A program made the translations under genes and the position numbers. From a virus (lineage: Duplodnaviria; Caudoviricetes), in the IMG/VR virus record IMGVR_UViG_3300044681_000392, positions 1-30,382 of that record: DNA of 30,382 nt. The stretch is one strand, 5' to 3'. Below the pieces are notes generated by a model. It was not told the origin of the DNA, searched no databases, and was given only the letters and a program-made list of their open reading frames with translations. Of the stretch, positions 8,089-17,720 are shown one piece after another. The number at the start of each line of letters is the position of its first letter. Within the stretch, counting starts at the first letter, position 1.

Positions 8089-10718
8089 GATCCAGTTACC
8101 GTCCATCCTTTAGCTGTAGCAATAGAAGGTGTGTCATCTACTGTTCCGTGGTTGCTAGTCACGGTAATTGTTTGGGATCCTGCTGCCGTTCCTAAAGATG
8201 TATAAAGATTATTTAGGGCGGTTCCGTCAAGCCTCATTCCAGAAACATCCACTGCATATCTCAGTCCAGTTAAAATTATTGAAGATAAATTTGTAAAGGC
8301 TGAACCGCCAAACATGTTGGTTGGGGATGAGGTAACACCAGTAAGGTTAAAGCTTACGGATTTTAAAGCCCTTCGTGCACTATTCACAAAAATAAATGAA
8401 CTAGAAGCAGTAGTAGTATAATAAGTAGTACTTGAGGAATAAAACATAAAACTGGCTGAAGTGATTGCAGGAGTATTAAGTGTTACAGTCTCTAAACTAA
8501 TTGTATTAACTAAAAAATTCTGTAATCCCGAACTAGATATTGCAGATAAATTAAAAGATGGTATAGATTTTAATAAAACACAATTTTTAAACATACTACT
8601 CATACTAGTAACAAAAGATGTATTAAATAAAGGAACTGAAATCAAAGAAGTGCAGTCTTCAAACATACTATTCATAGCTGTAACAGAAGATGTATTAAAT
8701 AAGGGAACTGATTTTAAAGAAATACAAGCAGCAAACATATTATTCATATTTGTAACAGCAGATGTATCAAACAGGGGAACTGATTTTAAAGCAGTACACC
8801 CATAAAACATATTATTCATAGCTGTAACAGAAGATTTATTAAATAAGGGAACTGATTCTAAAGCAGAACAGTTCTCAAACATATAACCCATATTTGTAAC
8901 AGAAGATGTAACAAAGAAAGGAACTGATTCTAAACTAGTACACCCATAAAACATATTAGACATAGTTGTAACAGCAGAGGTATTAAATAAAGGAACTGAT
9001 TTTAATGAATCACATTCATAAAACATACTAGACATACTTGTAACAGAAGATGTATTAAATAAAGGAACTGATTTTAATGAATCACATCCATGAAACATAT
9101 AAGTCATATTTGTAACAGCAGATGTAACAAAGAAAGGAACTGATTCTAAAGCAGAACAGTTATAAAACATATAACTCATATTTGTAACAGCAGATGTATC
9201 AAACAGGGGAACTGATTTTAAAGCAGTGCACCCCTCAAACATATCACTCATATTTGTAACAGAAGATGTATTAAATAAGGGAACTGATTTTAAATTAGAG
9301 CAAGCAGAAAACATATTATTCATATTTGTAACAGAAGATGTATTAAACAGGGGAACTGATTTTAAAGACCTACAAGCAGAAAACATACCAAGCATAGTTG
9401 TAGAACTAGATGTATTAAATAAAGGAATAGACTCTAAGGACAAACAACCATAAAACATGTAAGACGTATCCGTTACTGATTCTGTGTTAAATAACGTTAT
9501 TGATTCTAATGAGGAACAGTTGTAAAACATATAAGAAGTATTTGTAATTGTAGAATTACTACCAAATGAAACATTTTTTAATTTTATACAATGTGCAAAT
9601 AAATATGCATATGATGTTAGATTACTAGATACAATATTTACTCTTTGTAGATATCCCATATTAAATGTAGGGGTGATTGACCCAGTTAATTTAATTGTTG
9701 TTAGATTTGTTCCAGCAATTGCTATATCTAACCACGGAATTTGTGCGGAAGTACTAAGGTTTGTTCTTGTAAATGTTTGTTGTAGATCTAATATTGTTAA
9801 ATTTTGTCCCGCCTGCGGAGTTACTGTAACAATAACTTGCTTAAATCCTTCAGATGTTACAGTTGAAGAAATTGATGAGTAAGTATATTTATGTGAAGCC
9901 TTTGTATTTGATGTAAAATCTTCTGGAGCTGATCCATCGCCCCAATCAACTGTATAATCTCCTTGTGCTAATAACGCAACATAGTTTGAGTCATCATTAG
10001 ATATTCCAAGGAGACCGACAAATTTTTGTTCATTTGATTGGGGTGCAGTCAAAGTAATCCAGTCAGCTGGTCTTGTCCAACCAATAATTGTTCCCGCTGC
10101 ATTAATTCCATCTTGAAGAATATGATAATTTGAAACTGTTGGCCTAGCAACTCCAGGATTTTCAACAATTATTGAGTATGGAGAATATTCTGTTGGAAGC
10201 GTATCTGGTGATGTTATTGTCAAAGATGTGGCCGAATTTCTTGTTACTGAATCTGCCGCTCTTTCTACCCCATCAGTTCCTTTAAAATACACCGCTACGT
10301 TTGATGCAAAATTTGAACCCTCTACGTATAACTCTGCATTTACAGTATTTACAAATGCTGGATTTATAGAAGAAATTACGGCAGCAGCTGTAGTCTCATT
10401 TGATGTAGATGTAGATACAAATCCAGACTGGTTATACGAGAATGAAATTATATCTGATGCTGTTCCGCCTAAAATTACTAATTTATTAAATTCTCCTGTA
10501 GTAGTTAATGTAAGTCCACTTGATGTTCCAACCAATGTTCCAGATGAATTATATGCATATGCATCTATTGATGAATCTGCAAGGACTGAGGATATGGCAT
10601 ATTTGCCAGCAGGATAATTTGAAGATAAGGTTGTAGTCGTAACATTTCCAACTATATTTATAGAAAAATTATTAGCAGAGGATGATCCTCCCAGCAGAGA
10701 TGTTCTAATATCGCTCAT
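8085..10718 (-). CDS. BspA/DUF285-type leucine-rich repeat surface/adhesin protein with IPT/TIG- and PKD-like domains
   Basis: Likely start is MSDIRT at 10718 (TAATG overlap). It has an IPT-like ISSINP..VEGSNF, a PKD-like YTVDWGDGS and 14 repeats of xMxxMFxxCxxLxSVPLFNTSSVT. Confidence 0.85.
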   Translation of the reverse strand: MSDIRTSLLGGSSSANNFSINIVGNVTTTTLSSNYPAGKYAISSVLADSSIDAYAYNSSGTLVGTSSGLTLTTTGEFNKLVILGGTASDIISFSYNQSGFVSTSTSNETTAAAVISSINPAFVNTVNAELYVEGSNFASNVAVYFKGTDGVERAADSVTRNSATSLTITSPDTLPTEYSPYSIIVENPGVARPTVSNYHILQDGINAAGTIIGWTRPADWITLTAPQSNEQKFVGLLGISNDDSNYVALLAQGDYTVDWGDGSAPEDFTSNTKASHKYTYSSISSTVTSEGFKQVIVTVTPQAGQNLTILDLQQTFTRTNLSTSAQIPWLDIAIAGTNLTTIKLTGSITPTFNMGYLQRVNIVSSNLTSYAYLFAHCIKLKNVSFGSNSTITNTSYMFYNCSSLESITLFNTESVTDTSYMFYGCLSLESIPLFNTSSSTTMLGMFSACRSLKSVPLFNTSSVTNMNNMFSACSNLKSVPLFNTSSVTNMSDMFEGCTALKSVPLFDTSAVTNMSYMFYNCSALESVPFFVTSAVTNMTYMFHGCDSLKSVPLFNTSSVTSMSSMFYECDSLKSVPLFNTSAVTTMSNMFYGCTSLESVPFFVTSSVTNMGYMFENCSALESVPLFNKSSVTAMNNMFYGCTALKSVPLFDTSAVTNMNNMFAACISLKSVPLFNTSSVTAMNSMFEDCTSLISVPLFNTSFVTSMSSMFKNCVLLKSIPSFNLSAISSSGLQNFLVNTISLETVTLNTPAITSASFMFYSSSTTYYTTTASSSFIFVNSARRALKSVSFNLTGVTSSPTNMFGGSAFTNLSSIILTGLRYAVDVSGMRLDGTALNNLYTSLGTAAGSQTITVTSNHGTVDDTPSIATAKGWTVTGS
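8535..9545 (-). repeat. Coding tandem repeat, about 14 x 72 bp (24 aa LRR units)
   Basis: ggaactgatt recurs at a 72-bp period and the protein repeats are visible in translation. Confidence 0.92.
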
Positions 10719-13700
10719 TATCCAACCTTCCATCCATATGTGTTACCAGTATAAAGTAATGTATACCAGCCACCATTATTGTCAATAATTAAATTTCCTG
10801 TTCCGCCATTTATTAAATTTCCGTTACGGGCTACTGTTATATTATACGTCGAAGCGTTTCCAGAAGCATCTAGTATTTGAATTTCATCATTAAGCGCAGG
10901 GGACGCAGGCAGCGTCAGAGTAAGCGCAGAAGCCGATGTAACAAAATATCTCTTCTTAGTCACCAAGTTAGTATTAGCAGATATTGATAATGGGGCTACT
11001 GAAGTATTAGCGGCAAGTAAGGCATCTGTTTCTGCTTGCGTATATACATCTACTGAGTTTAGATTAGTTATTGTTACTACTTCGATTATATCGTCTGCTG
11101 CCGCCGCTTCTATTAATGTAACAGTATTTCCGCCAGATGTCGTATAGTCTGTAGTTCTAAGAAGTAGAAGTCCGTTGAAATATACCTGCTCGTATCCTTC
11201 TATGAATGATACTGCTGTAGTAAATATTGTTTGCCCTAGTGTTGCAGTAAATGATTGACGACGAATTATATTTGGATCAAACGAGTCTGAATATGAATCT
11301 GATTCGATCCAGATTTGTCCTACTTCTGGAGATGTTGGGGCATCTGCTTGATATAGGGATCCTGGTTGTGTAGATGCATCAATCTGATCTATAACGAATG
11401 CTGTTGTAGCTACTTGAGTAGTATCTGTTCCTACCGCCGCTGTTGTTGTAAACATTGCTCCAGTAGCATCTACTTTAGCAAGTACTGTTCCACTATTATT
11501 CCGCCATTCAGTAAGATTAGCAGTTTGAGATGCAGCGCCTTTGACTATTAAGCCTTGTGCGCCAGCAAGGAAACCATTAACCGTTATTGTTCCATTATTA
11601 TCAATGAGTAGTTTTGTTGTTAAAGAACCTGATGCATTATGGTCTGTCTTGAAAGCAAGATACGGTCCAGAACTAGGACTTGTTACATAAGCACTTTCAA
11701 TTTTTACAAATGTGAATCCTCCATAATACATTGATAAAGCAGTACCTGTGCCAACACCTGAAACATCATTTTTTAATATTAAAGGTGTTGTTATATTAGA
11801 TGAAGAGACAATATTTGCTGTAATTTGACCTGTAGCACCAACACTGGCAAGCACAGTTCCCGCACTATTCTGCCATTCTGTTAAATTAGAAGTTTGAGAT
11901 GCTGTTCCTTTAACATAAAATGTCGGATTTGTTGAACCTGTTCCAGAAACACCTAATGCGGATCTGCTAGAAGTTCCAGAATACAAATATGCTTGAGTAT
12001 CTATTGGTGGATTTTGATTTAGTCTTATACTAAAATTACCACGTAATTCTGCATTATAATCAACATAGAAATTAACATTATTGTCTGCTCTTCTCAAGTA
12101 CAGCAAGTCATCTGTATTTCCAGATTTTCCTTGAGCAAATATTCTTCCGTTTGGTCCTACCCCCGCAATAACAGTACCAGCATTATCCTGCCATTCTTGT
12201 AGGTTGGCGGTCTGGGATGCATTTGCACGAATAACAATACCTTGTCTTGATGCAGTTGGAATGCTAACATTTAAGAAAGCAGAGTGGTCACCTGTTCCGC
12301 CAATAAATGTTCTTCCTGCTGAACTTTGAGTTATATTGCTACTAACATATAAACCTCCGCTAGGTGTTATATTTGCAATTACTGCTCCGCTAGAATTCTG
12401 CCATTCTTGTAGGTTAGCGGTTTGAGAAGGGGCACCTTTGACTATTACACCAACGGTAGATGCTCCAGGAGAAAGAACATTAAGTCTGCGATAAGAAATT
12501 ACTTCTGCTAATGGGCTAACTGCAAAAATAAGTCCGCCAGTTGGATTTTGAACTTCAAATAGATTTGCTGTTTGAGAAGTTATACTTTTAATAATCAAAC
12601 TAGTAGTTGATGTTGTGCTAGATATAATAGTATCTCCACCAGACTTAGATACTTTATCTCCTAATGCTGTTGTTATTGTTGTAGCATAATTAGGATCATC
12701 TCCTAGCGCTGCCGCCAATTCATTAAGAGTGTCTAAAGTTTCTGGAGCAGATGAGATTAGGTCAGATACTGCAGTATTGACATATGTTTCTGTTGCATAT
12801 CCTGATAAATCTGTTGATTTTAGATATCCATAACCATCTACTGTAGAATCAAGCGAAGAAGTTGGGGTATATGAAAGTAGTTGTGTATCTGTATAGCTAT
12901 TAGCATTTCCTTCTGCTGTTGAAGCAGAACCTGCTGGGTCATAATTTACAGCTAACCCATCAGCATATGTTTCTGCTGCTGATTGAGCATTTGAAGCTGC
13001 TGTATCAGCATATGTTTCTGTAGCATATCCAGTTAAAGATGGAATTTCTGAAGTTAAAGCGATAGTTCCTGTTGAATTTGGAAGAGTTACTATAATATCT
13101 GATGTTACATCTGGAGATTGCAAAGTCAGTTCATGGTCATCTGCAGTAGACCCTTCAAATATAATTTTATCTTGTGGTATTAGCAAATCCCCGTCTGGAT
13201 TTAATTCGGCGGGACCAGATGGCTGTCCTAATGCAGTTAATGGTATATAATCTCCAAGACTATTCTGAACATCTGAAGAAGATACAAAATCTTGAGTTAA
13301 ATCATAGTTTTTCCATAAACCAGTAGAATCATCATATATTAGAGCATCTTTATCTTGAATATCTGTAATTAATACATTATGAAGTTCTTCTATTTCAAAT
13401 CCGTTTTGAATTTTAACAAACATTGAACCTGTATTCTGGTGTCCGCCTCTTACTACAATTCCTAAGAATACTAAATGTGAGGGAGCTACTGGTTTGCTTA
13501 TAAGTCCAAATATTAATGATCCTGGAGTAGATCCAAGCCATACTGGATCCCCGTCATTTGCTCCAGTTGTATCAATTCCTTCTAGAAGTCCTTCTGATAC
13601 AAGTAAGCCTTCTCCGCCAGGAATTATGTTTTCCGCCAAAATTCCAAATGTCTTAGATGATGTTGATTCGGCGGAATTTGATGAAAGAGCTACTCTTAAT

Positions 13701-14011
13701 TTACCAGATGCCCCTACTGATCCTGAAGCATATACAACTTGACCTTTAAGTAATGTTATTTCCGAAGCTCCATTTACAACAACTTGCTCAATTTTATTAG
13801 CAGTTGAAGTTACTGGATTTAATTCTAATTGTCTTATTCTATAATCATGGCTAGTTGTAACCGCCGAATTATCTGTTCCGACCTTGGCCTGTAAGGCCTC
13901 TATGGCGTCATTAGCATTTATATGTTGATCAGAATGTGAGGGGCTATTTAACTGATCAGTAGATACTGGATTAGTTAATGAATCTAATGAATTAGGAAAG
14001 TTAGTAGCCAT
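10718..14011 (-). CDS. Long tail fibre protein
   Basis: 1097 aa. Tail-fibre motifs APETLDTLNELAAALGDDPNYATT and TDTTQVATTAFV, five SQTANLxEW-type repeats and a C-terminal adapter domain. Confidence 0.85.
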   Translation of the reverse strand: MATNFPNSLDSLTNPVSTDQLNSPSHSDQHINANDAIEALQAKVGTDNSAVTTSHDYRIRQLELNPVTSTANKIEQVVVNGASEITLLKGQVVYASGSVGASGKLRVALSSNSAESTSSKTFGILAENIIPGGEGLLVSEGLLEGIDTTGANDGDPVWLGSTPGSLIFGLISKPVAPSHLVFLGIVVRGGHQNTGSMFVKIQNGFEIEELHNVLITDIQDKDALIYDDSTGLWKNYDLTQDFVSSSDVQNSLGDYIPLTALGQPSGPAELNPDGDLLIPQDKIIFEGSTADDHELTLQSPDVTSDIIVTLPNSTGTIALTSEIPSLTGYATETYADTAASNAQSAAETYADGLAVNYDPAGSASTAEGNANSYTDTQLLSYTPTSSLDSTVDGYGYLKSTDLSGYATETYVNTAVSDLISSAPETLDTLNELAAALGDDPNYATTITTALGDKVSKSGGDTIISSTTSTTSLIIKSITSQTANLFEVQNPTGGLIFAVSPLAEVISYRRLNVLSPGASTVGVIVKGAPSQTANLQEWQNSSGAVIANITPSGGLYVSSNITQSSAGRTFIGGTGDHSAFLNVSIPTASRQGIVIRANASQTANLQEWQDNAGTVIAGVGPNGRIFAQGKSGNTDDLLYLRRADNNVNFYVDYNAELRGNFSIRLNQNPPIDTQAYLYSGTSSRSALGVSGTGSTNPTFYVKGTASQTSNLTEWQNSAGTVLASVGATGQITANIVSSSNITTPLILKNDVSGVGTGTALSMYYGGFTFVKIESAYVTSPSSGPYLAFKTDHNASGSLTTKLLIDNNGTITVNGFLAGAQGLIVKGAASQTANLTEWRNNSGTVLAKVDATGAMFTTTAAVGTDTTQVATTAFVIDQIDASTQPGSLYQADAPTSPEVGQIWIESDSYSDSFDPNIIRRQSFTATLGQTIFTTAVSFIEGYEQVYFNGLLLLRTTDYTTSGGNTVTLIEAAAADDIIEVVTITNLNSVDVYTQAETDALLAANTSVAPLSISANTNLVTKKRYFVTSASALTLTLPASPALNDEIQILDASGNASTYNITVARNGNLINGGTGNLIIDNNGGWYTLLYTGNTYGWKVG

Positions 14012-14019
14012 ATATGAAT

Positions 14020-14028
14020 ATTATACCA
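14020..14028 (-). promoter_or_regulatory. Extended -10 promoter, leaderless
   Basis: TGG-TATAAT, then 8 nt to the ATG at 14011. No SD. Confidence 0.7.
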
Positions 14029-14037
14029 GCCTTAAAG

Positions 14038-14073
14038 TATAAACAGATGCCCCAGATTTCTCTGGGGCAATCT
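14038..14073 (-). terminator. Intrinsic terminator hairpin
   Basis: Minus strand TGCCCCAGA-GAAA-TCTGGGGCA followed by TCTGTTTATA, downstream of the 14092 stop. Confidence 0.7.
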
Positions 14074-14091
14074 ATTTATTATTGATTTTAT

Positions 14092-14349
14092 TTACTCAGG
14101 TGCAGACTCTTCTGGACCCCAAGTTGTTGGGTGTAGCTCATCTAGTTCGGTGCCAGGAATTGGAATAAATTTAGACCCATCCCATGTGCATCCGATAGCG
14201 ACCTTATCAGAATTTTCTTTGTCGTCTGCGAGAATTGTTTCATTTGTGCCATACATTATAGAAGCAACAACTTCGGCTGCTTCTAATGAATCTGCTTCAA
14301 AAATATAAAACACTTCATCTGAATTATTAGTTAGTGCATATTTAGCCAT
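14092..14349 (-). CDS. Small acidic partner protein
   Basis: 85 aa, MAKYAL...VAIGCTWDGSKFIP. RBS AGGAGG. Follows a Gly-rich tail protein. Confidence 0.75.
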   Translation of the reverse strand: MAKYALTNNSDEVFYIFEADSLEAAEVVASIMYGTNETILADDKENSDKVAIGCTWDGSKFIPIPGTELDELHPTTWGPEESAPE

Positions 14350-14361
14350 TGTTTCCTCCTA

Positions 14362-16005
14362 TTAGTTAGCATCCATCCACTCTAGAATAACGATTCCTGG
14401 ATCGCCATTTTGTGGCCAATCTCCATGTACATAATAATCGATATCTCCAAAGTTGGTTGTATTACGATTTTGTCTTCCGTTTGTTGCAGCTCCACCGTTT
14501 CCATAAGGAAGAACACGATAATGTGCAAATCCTTCATTATAGAAATATCTAGATGGGTTTTCAACGTTCGCAAAGTTTGCAAATCCTCTTCCTGGTCCTC
14601 CAGCAGAGTAACCTTCTACAGAAGGCTTTGCGCCTTGAACTCTAAACTTTGCAAATTCTGAAGAAGATATGCTATGCAAATAAAATGCTGAAGTTCCAGA
14701 GTTACCACCGAATCGATGATAATGTGAGTTTGTAGGCATTTGCCAACCAAATGTACGCCAGATACCACCAGCGTTTTGACCAACAAAGCCTTGGCCATCT
14801 GTTATATTATACGGAGTTGTGCTTGTGTTTCCGCGGAATATTTCTCGGAATGCTGACCCACCAGCACCTCCACCATCTCCACCGAAAACAATAGAGGTTC
14901 CGTTTGAATCATTTGAATGAGAAGTTCCAAAACCTCCCATGTGTCCTCCTGGACCACCGAATCTTTGCTGAGCCCATCCACCGATAGCTTCATCGGTAGC
15001 TCTCATTCCACCGCCGCCACCACCAGCAATTATGCCAGTTGTGCCTGCAGTCAATCCAAGATTATTTAGACGTGTGATATATCCTTCGTATGCTCCACCA
15101 GTCCAATATGAATTACCATTTTGAACATATTGTGGGCAATGATTTACTTCGCTGCTTACATAGCAACCAAATATCTGCGACATCTGGTTAGTACTAGCAA
15201 CACGCATACGAATTCTTAGTCTTCCCTTAGTTGTTCCTACTGGAGAAGTTCCGCTATCAGAATATTTTCCATCACCTACAGAGGTATAGTTAAATGTTTC
15301 TGGGTTGGCAGAATTTAGCAGATTATTTGCATTATCATACCATTCTAGTGTTACTGTAACAGTATTATTGCTCTGACCAAGGCGTGTGTAAACGCCGTAA
15401 TAATAGAATGTATTCTCTTCAAGGTTGAAGTAATCTGATAAGAACTCATATGCTGAGTCTCCAGAAGTTGAAACTATTGTTACTCCATAAGAAGACTTAA
15501 AAACATCTTGCGTATTACCTGTATCTCCACAAATAAAATGACGATTTCTTAAGTTCTGGTTAGTAGTTGAATCGTAGTCAGACCTAAATACTGATACTGA
15601 TCCACCTACTGTTGCATTTGTCCATCCAGATGTGCTCCATTGACCTAAAGTATTAGTCATAAAAGGATTTTTGACACGGTTGGTTGGTGTTGTTGGTGAA
15701 TTTCCTACAATTGTATCTCCACCGCGAGCACCATTAGTGGATTCTCCACCGCTTGATCCTCCAGATCCAATAATGATTGGAATGCTACCTGTAATTGCTA
15801 AATCTTTAACAACTACAGCGCCTCCGCCACCACCAGCTGAGCCATATCCTTGGCCTCCTCCGCCACCGCCACCTACGGCAGTAACTTTGGCCCACAGCGG
15901 CTTATCTGCTGTAAAACCAGAAGGAAGTTGAAACGTTCCTGATGATGTAAAAATTTGCTTTTTAAGTGTTGCTCCAGACGACGCTGGATATTGAACTAGA
16001 CCCAT
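14362..16005 (-). CDS. Glycine-rich tail protein with an inserted carbohydrate-binding-module-like domain
   Basis: IFTSSGTF..VTAVGGGGGG Gly-rich domain interrupted by a CBM4/9-like segment (NRVKNPF..W, VTLEWYDNANNLL, PVGTTKGRLRI). Confidence 0.75.
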   Translation of the reverse strand: MGLVQYPASSGATLKKQIFTSSGTFQLPSGFTADKPLWAKVTAVGGGGGGGQGYGSAGGGGGAVVVKDLAITGSIPIIIGSGGSSGGESTNGARGGDTIVGNSPTTPTNRVKNPFMTNTLGQWSTSGWTNATVGGSVSVFRSDYDSTTNQNLRNRHFICGDTGNTQDVFKSSYGVTIVSTSGDSAYEFLSDYFNLEENTFYYYGVYTRLGQSNNTVTVTLEWYDNANNLLNSANPETFNYTSVGDGKYSDSGTSPVGTTKGRLRIRMRVASTNQMSQIFGCYVSSEVNHCPQYVQNGNSYWTGGAYEGYITRLNNLGLTAGTTGIIAGGGGGGMRATDEAIGGWAQQRFGGPGGHMGGFGTSHSNDSNGTSIVFGGDGGGAGGSAFREIFRGNTSTTPYNITDGQGFVGQNAGGIWRTFGWQMPTNSHYHRFGGNSGTSAFYLHSISSSEFAKFRVQGAKPSVEGYSAGGPGRGFANFANVENPSRYFYNEGFAHYRVLPYGNGGAATNGRQNRNTTNFGDIDYYVHGDWPQNGDPGIVILEWMDAN

Positions 16006-16006
16006 A

Positions 16007-16309
16007 TTATGACACCTCTGTTCCAGAGATGTGGGCTTTGAGACCTGCAGAAGAAGCTACTCCTGCAATAATTTCATTAGCCTCTAGCACCTGACGAAGA
16101 TCTAGGGCAAGAATTCCATTTGCGGCTACGGAGACAGAAGATAGAACTTCGTGCGTTCCGAGCTTTATGGTACCCGTGATTGCAGATGCAGTTGTGTTAG
16201 TTAGCACAATATTTGTTACAACAGTGCTTGTTGCACTAGGTGTTGTATATAGTGTGCCTTCTGATGTTGCTAGCTCTTGTCTAGCAAGCTTTTTAACAAG
16301 ATTTGGCAT
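16007..16309 (-). CDS. Small beta-rich virion protein
   Basis: 100 aa, TLYTTPSATSTVVTNIVLTN..ISGTEVS. RBS GGAGG. Confidence 0.75.
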   Translation of the reverse strand: MPNLVKKLARQELATSEGTLYTTPSATSTVVTNIVLTNTTASAITGTIKLGTHEVLSSVSVAANGILALDLRQVLEANEIIAGVASSAGLKAHISGTEVS

Positions 16310-16330
16310 ATTTATTACCTCCGATTAGCC

Positions 16331-17704
16331 TTAAATTGCTCCCATAAGAGATAGAACAAAGTCATTCTGTGTTCTAGTATCTACATAGGACTTACTCGTT
16401 ACTTCATTTGCAGCTGTTGCTTCAGAAGTAACAATAAACTGTGCTGCCTGTAGCTTATCATATACTACACCAGCCTCAGAATAATTAATTGTTGTTGTTG
16501 GAGCAGTCGTAATTCCAGAAGAAAGCTTCCATACTCCGTCGCTTGCATCTTTAGAAAGCGCTGAATACTTTGTATCTCCTGATATTACATATTCTCCAAT
16601 AAATGAGAAGTCTACAAGATTTCCTGTATTGTCTTCTGCTACGAAAATTGCAGGATTTGTGACTGCTAGATTTTCAGAAACAACTTGTGTTCCTCCACCT
16701 GAGAATGTAATCTGTCCTGAAATTGTTACATCTCCAGCTACATTCATATCTCCAAGGATACCTACGCCACCTACTACAGTTACAGCACCTGTCTGTGGAG
16801 AGGTTGAAGGAGTTGGAATCTCAACATGTACGTTTTGATCTGGAGTGATTGCAATTTGAGTATTTCCCGAAGAATATCCTCCAGCTGCAATAATAATCTT
16901 ATTTTCAGAACCAGTGTCTGCTGTTGCTAAAACAAGATTTCCAGCTCCGTAATACATTGTTGCTGAACCGCTTGCTCCTGTTGTAGTAACATTTGATGCA
17001 GTTTTAGCATATGTAAATGTTGTTGAACTTGGAATTGTTGCAATTGTATATGTACCATTAAAGGTAGAGTCTACATTTGAAATTGTTACAGTTTTACCTA
17101 GTTCGAATCCATGATCAGCAGAAGTTGTAATTGTTGCTACATTGTTAGCAAGTCCTTTGCTTACAACGGTTGCAGTCAATGGAGCTTTTGCTGCGGTAAA
17201 AAGATATCCGTCATGTGGACCAGTAATTCCATATGTTGCATCGTCAAACTGATTACCAGTCATACCAATGCCAGTCCAACCGCTTGAATCGTCGCCGTTG
17301 TTAGCGTAAACGATTATATCTGTTGAAGATGTAGCATCATCATTACTAAACGCTATCTGTGCAAAAGAAGAGTCAGCAGTTCCAGAATCATATCTGAATA
17401 CTGCTACTGCATTTGTAAGAGAAGCTGAAGTGCCCCAGCTTTGTGGAGCGTCTCCTACATATAATTCTCCAGCCGTAGCTGGAGCTGTTCCATTTAAAAT
17501 ATTTGTGACCAGAGTATTAATTGTTGTTTGAGCATCAGCAGTTGCTGCAACAACATCGTTCACACCGAGCATTTCCCCCAGATTTTTGAGTGCAGCGGAA
17601 ACGAATACCAGGTCTTGCGCCGTATAAGTAGACGACGCTAAACTAGTTGTAATCTCAGACTTAATATCGTCAATCTGAGTTGACAAGCTTGCATAATTTG
17701 GCAT
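16331..17704 (-). CDS. Tail/virion structural protein
   Basis: 457 aa, Thr/Ser/Ala-rich. Contains the ATITTSADHGF..TVTISNV..FNGTYTI..TTFTY beta module and the fibre motifs GAVTVVGGVGI and KSYVD. Confidence 0.75.
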   Translation of the reverse strand: MPNYASLSTQIDDIKSEITTSLASSTYTAQDLVFVSAALKNLGEMLGVNDVVAATADAQTTINTLVTNILNGTAPATAGELYVGDAPQSWGTSASLTNAVAVFRYDSGTADSSFAQIAFSNDDATSSTDIIVYANNGDDSSGWTGIGMTGNQFDDATYGITGPHDGYLFTAAKAPLTATVVSKGLANNVATITTSADHGFELGKTVTISNVDSTFNGTYTIATIPSSTTFTYAKTASNVTTTGASGSATMYYGAGNLVLATADTGSENKIIIAAGGYSSGNTQIAITPDQNVHVEIPTPSTSPQTGAVTVVGGVGILGDMNVAGDVTISGQITFSGGGTQVVSENLAVTNPAIFVAEDNTGNLVDFSFIGEYVISGDTKYSALSKDASDGVWKLSSGITTAPTTTINYSEAGVVYDKLQAAQFIVTSEATAANEVTSKSYVDTRTQNDFVLSLMGAI

Positions 17705-17720
17705 TATTAGTTCACCTCTA

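Noticed and set aside
8535-9545. 72-bp periodic repeats as a CRISPR array
   Set aside because: The period is a multiple of 3, the repeats lie in an open frame encoding LRRs, there are no unique spacers and no cas genes are present.
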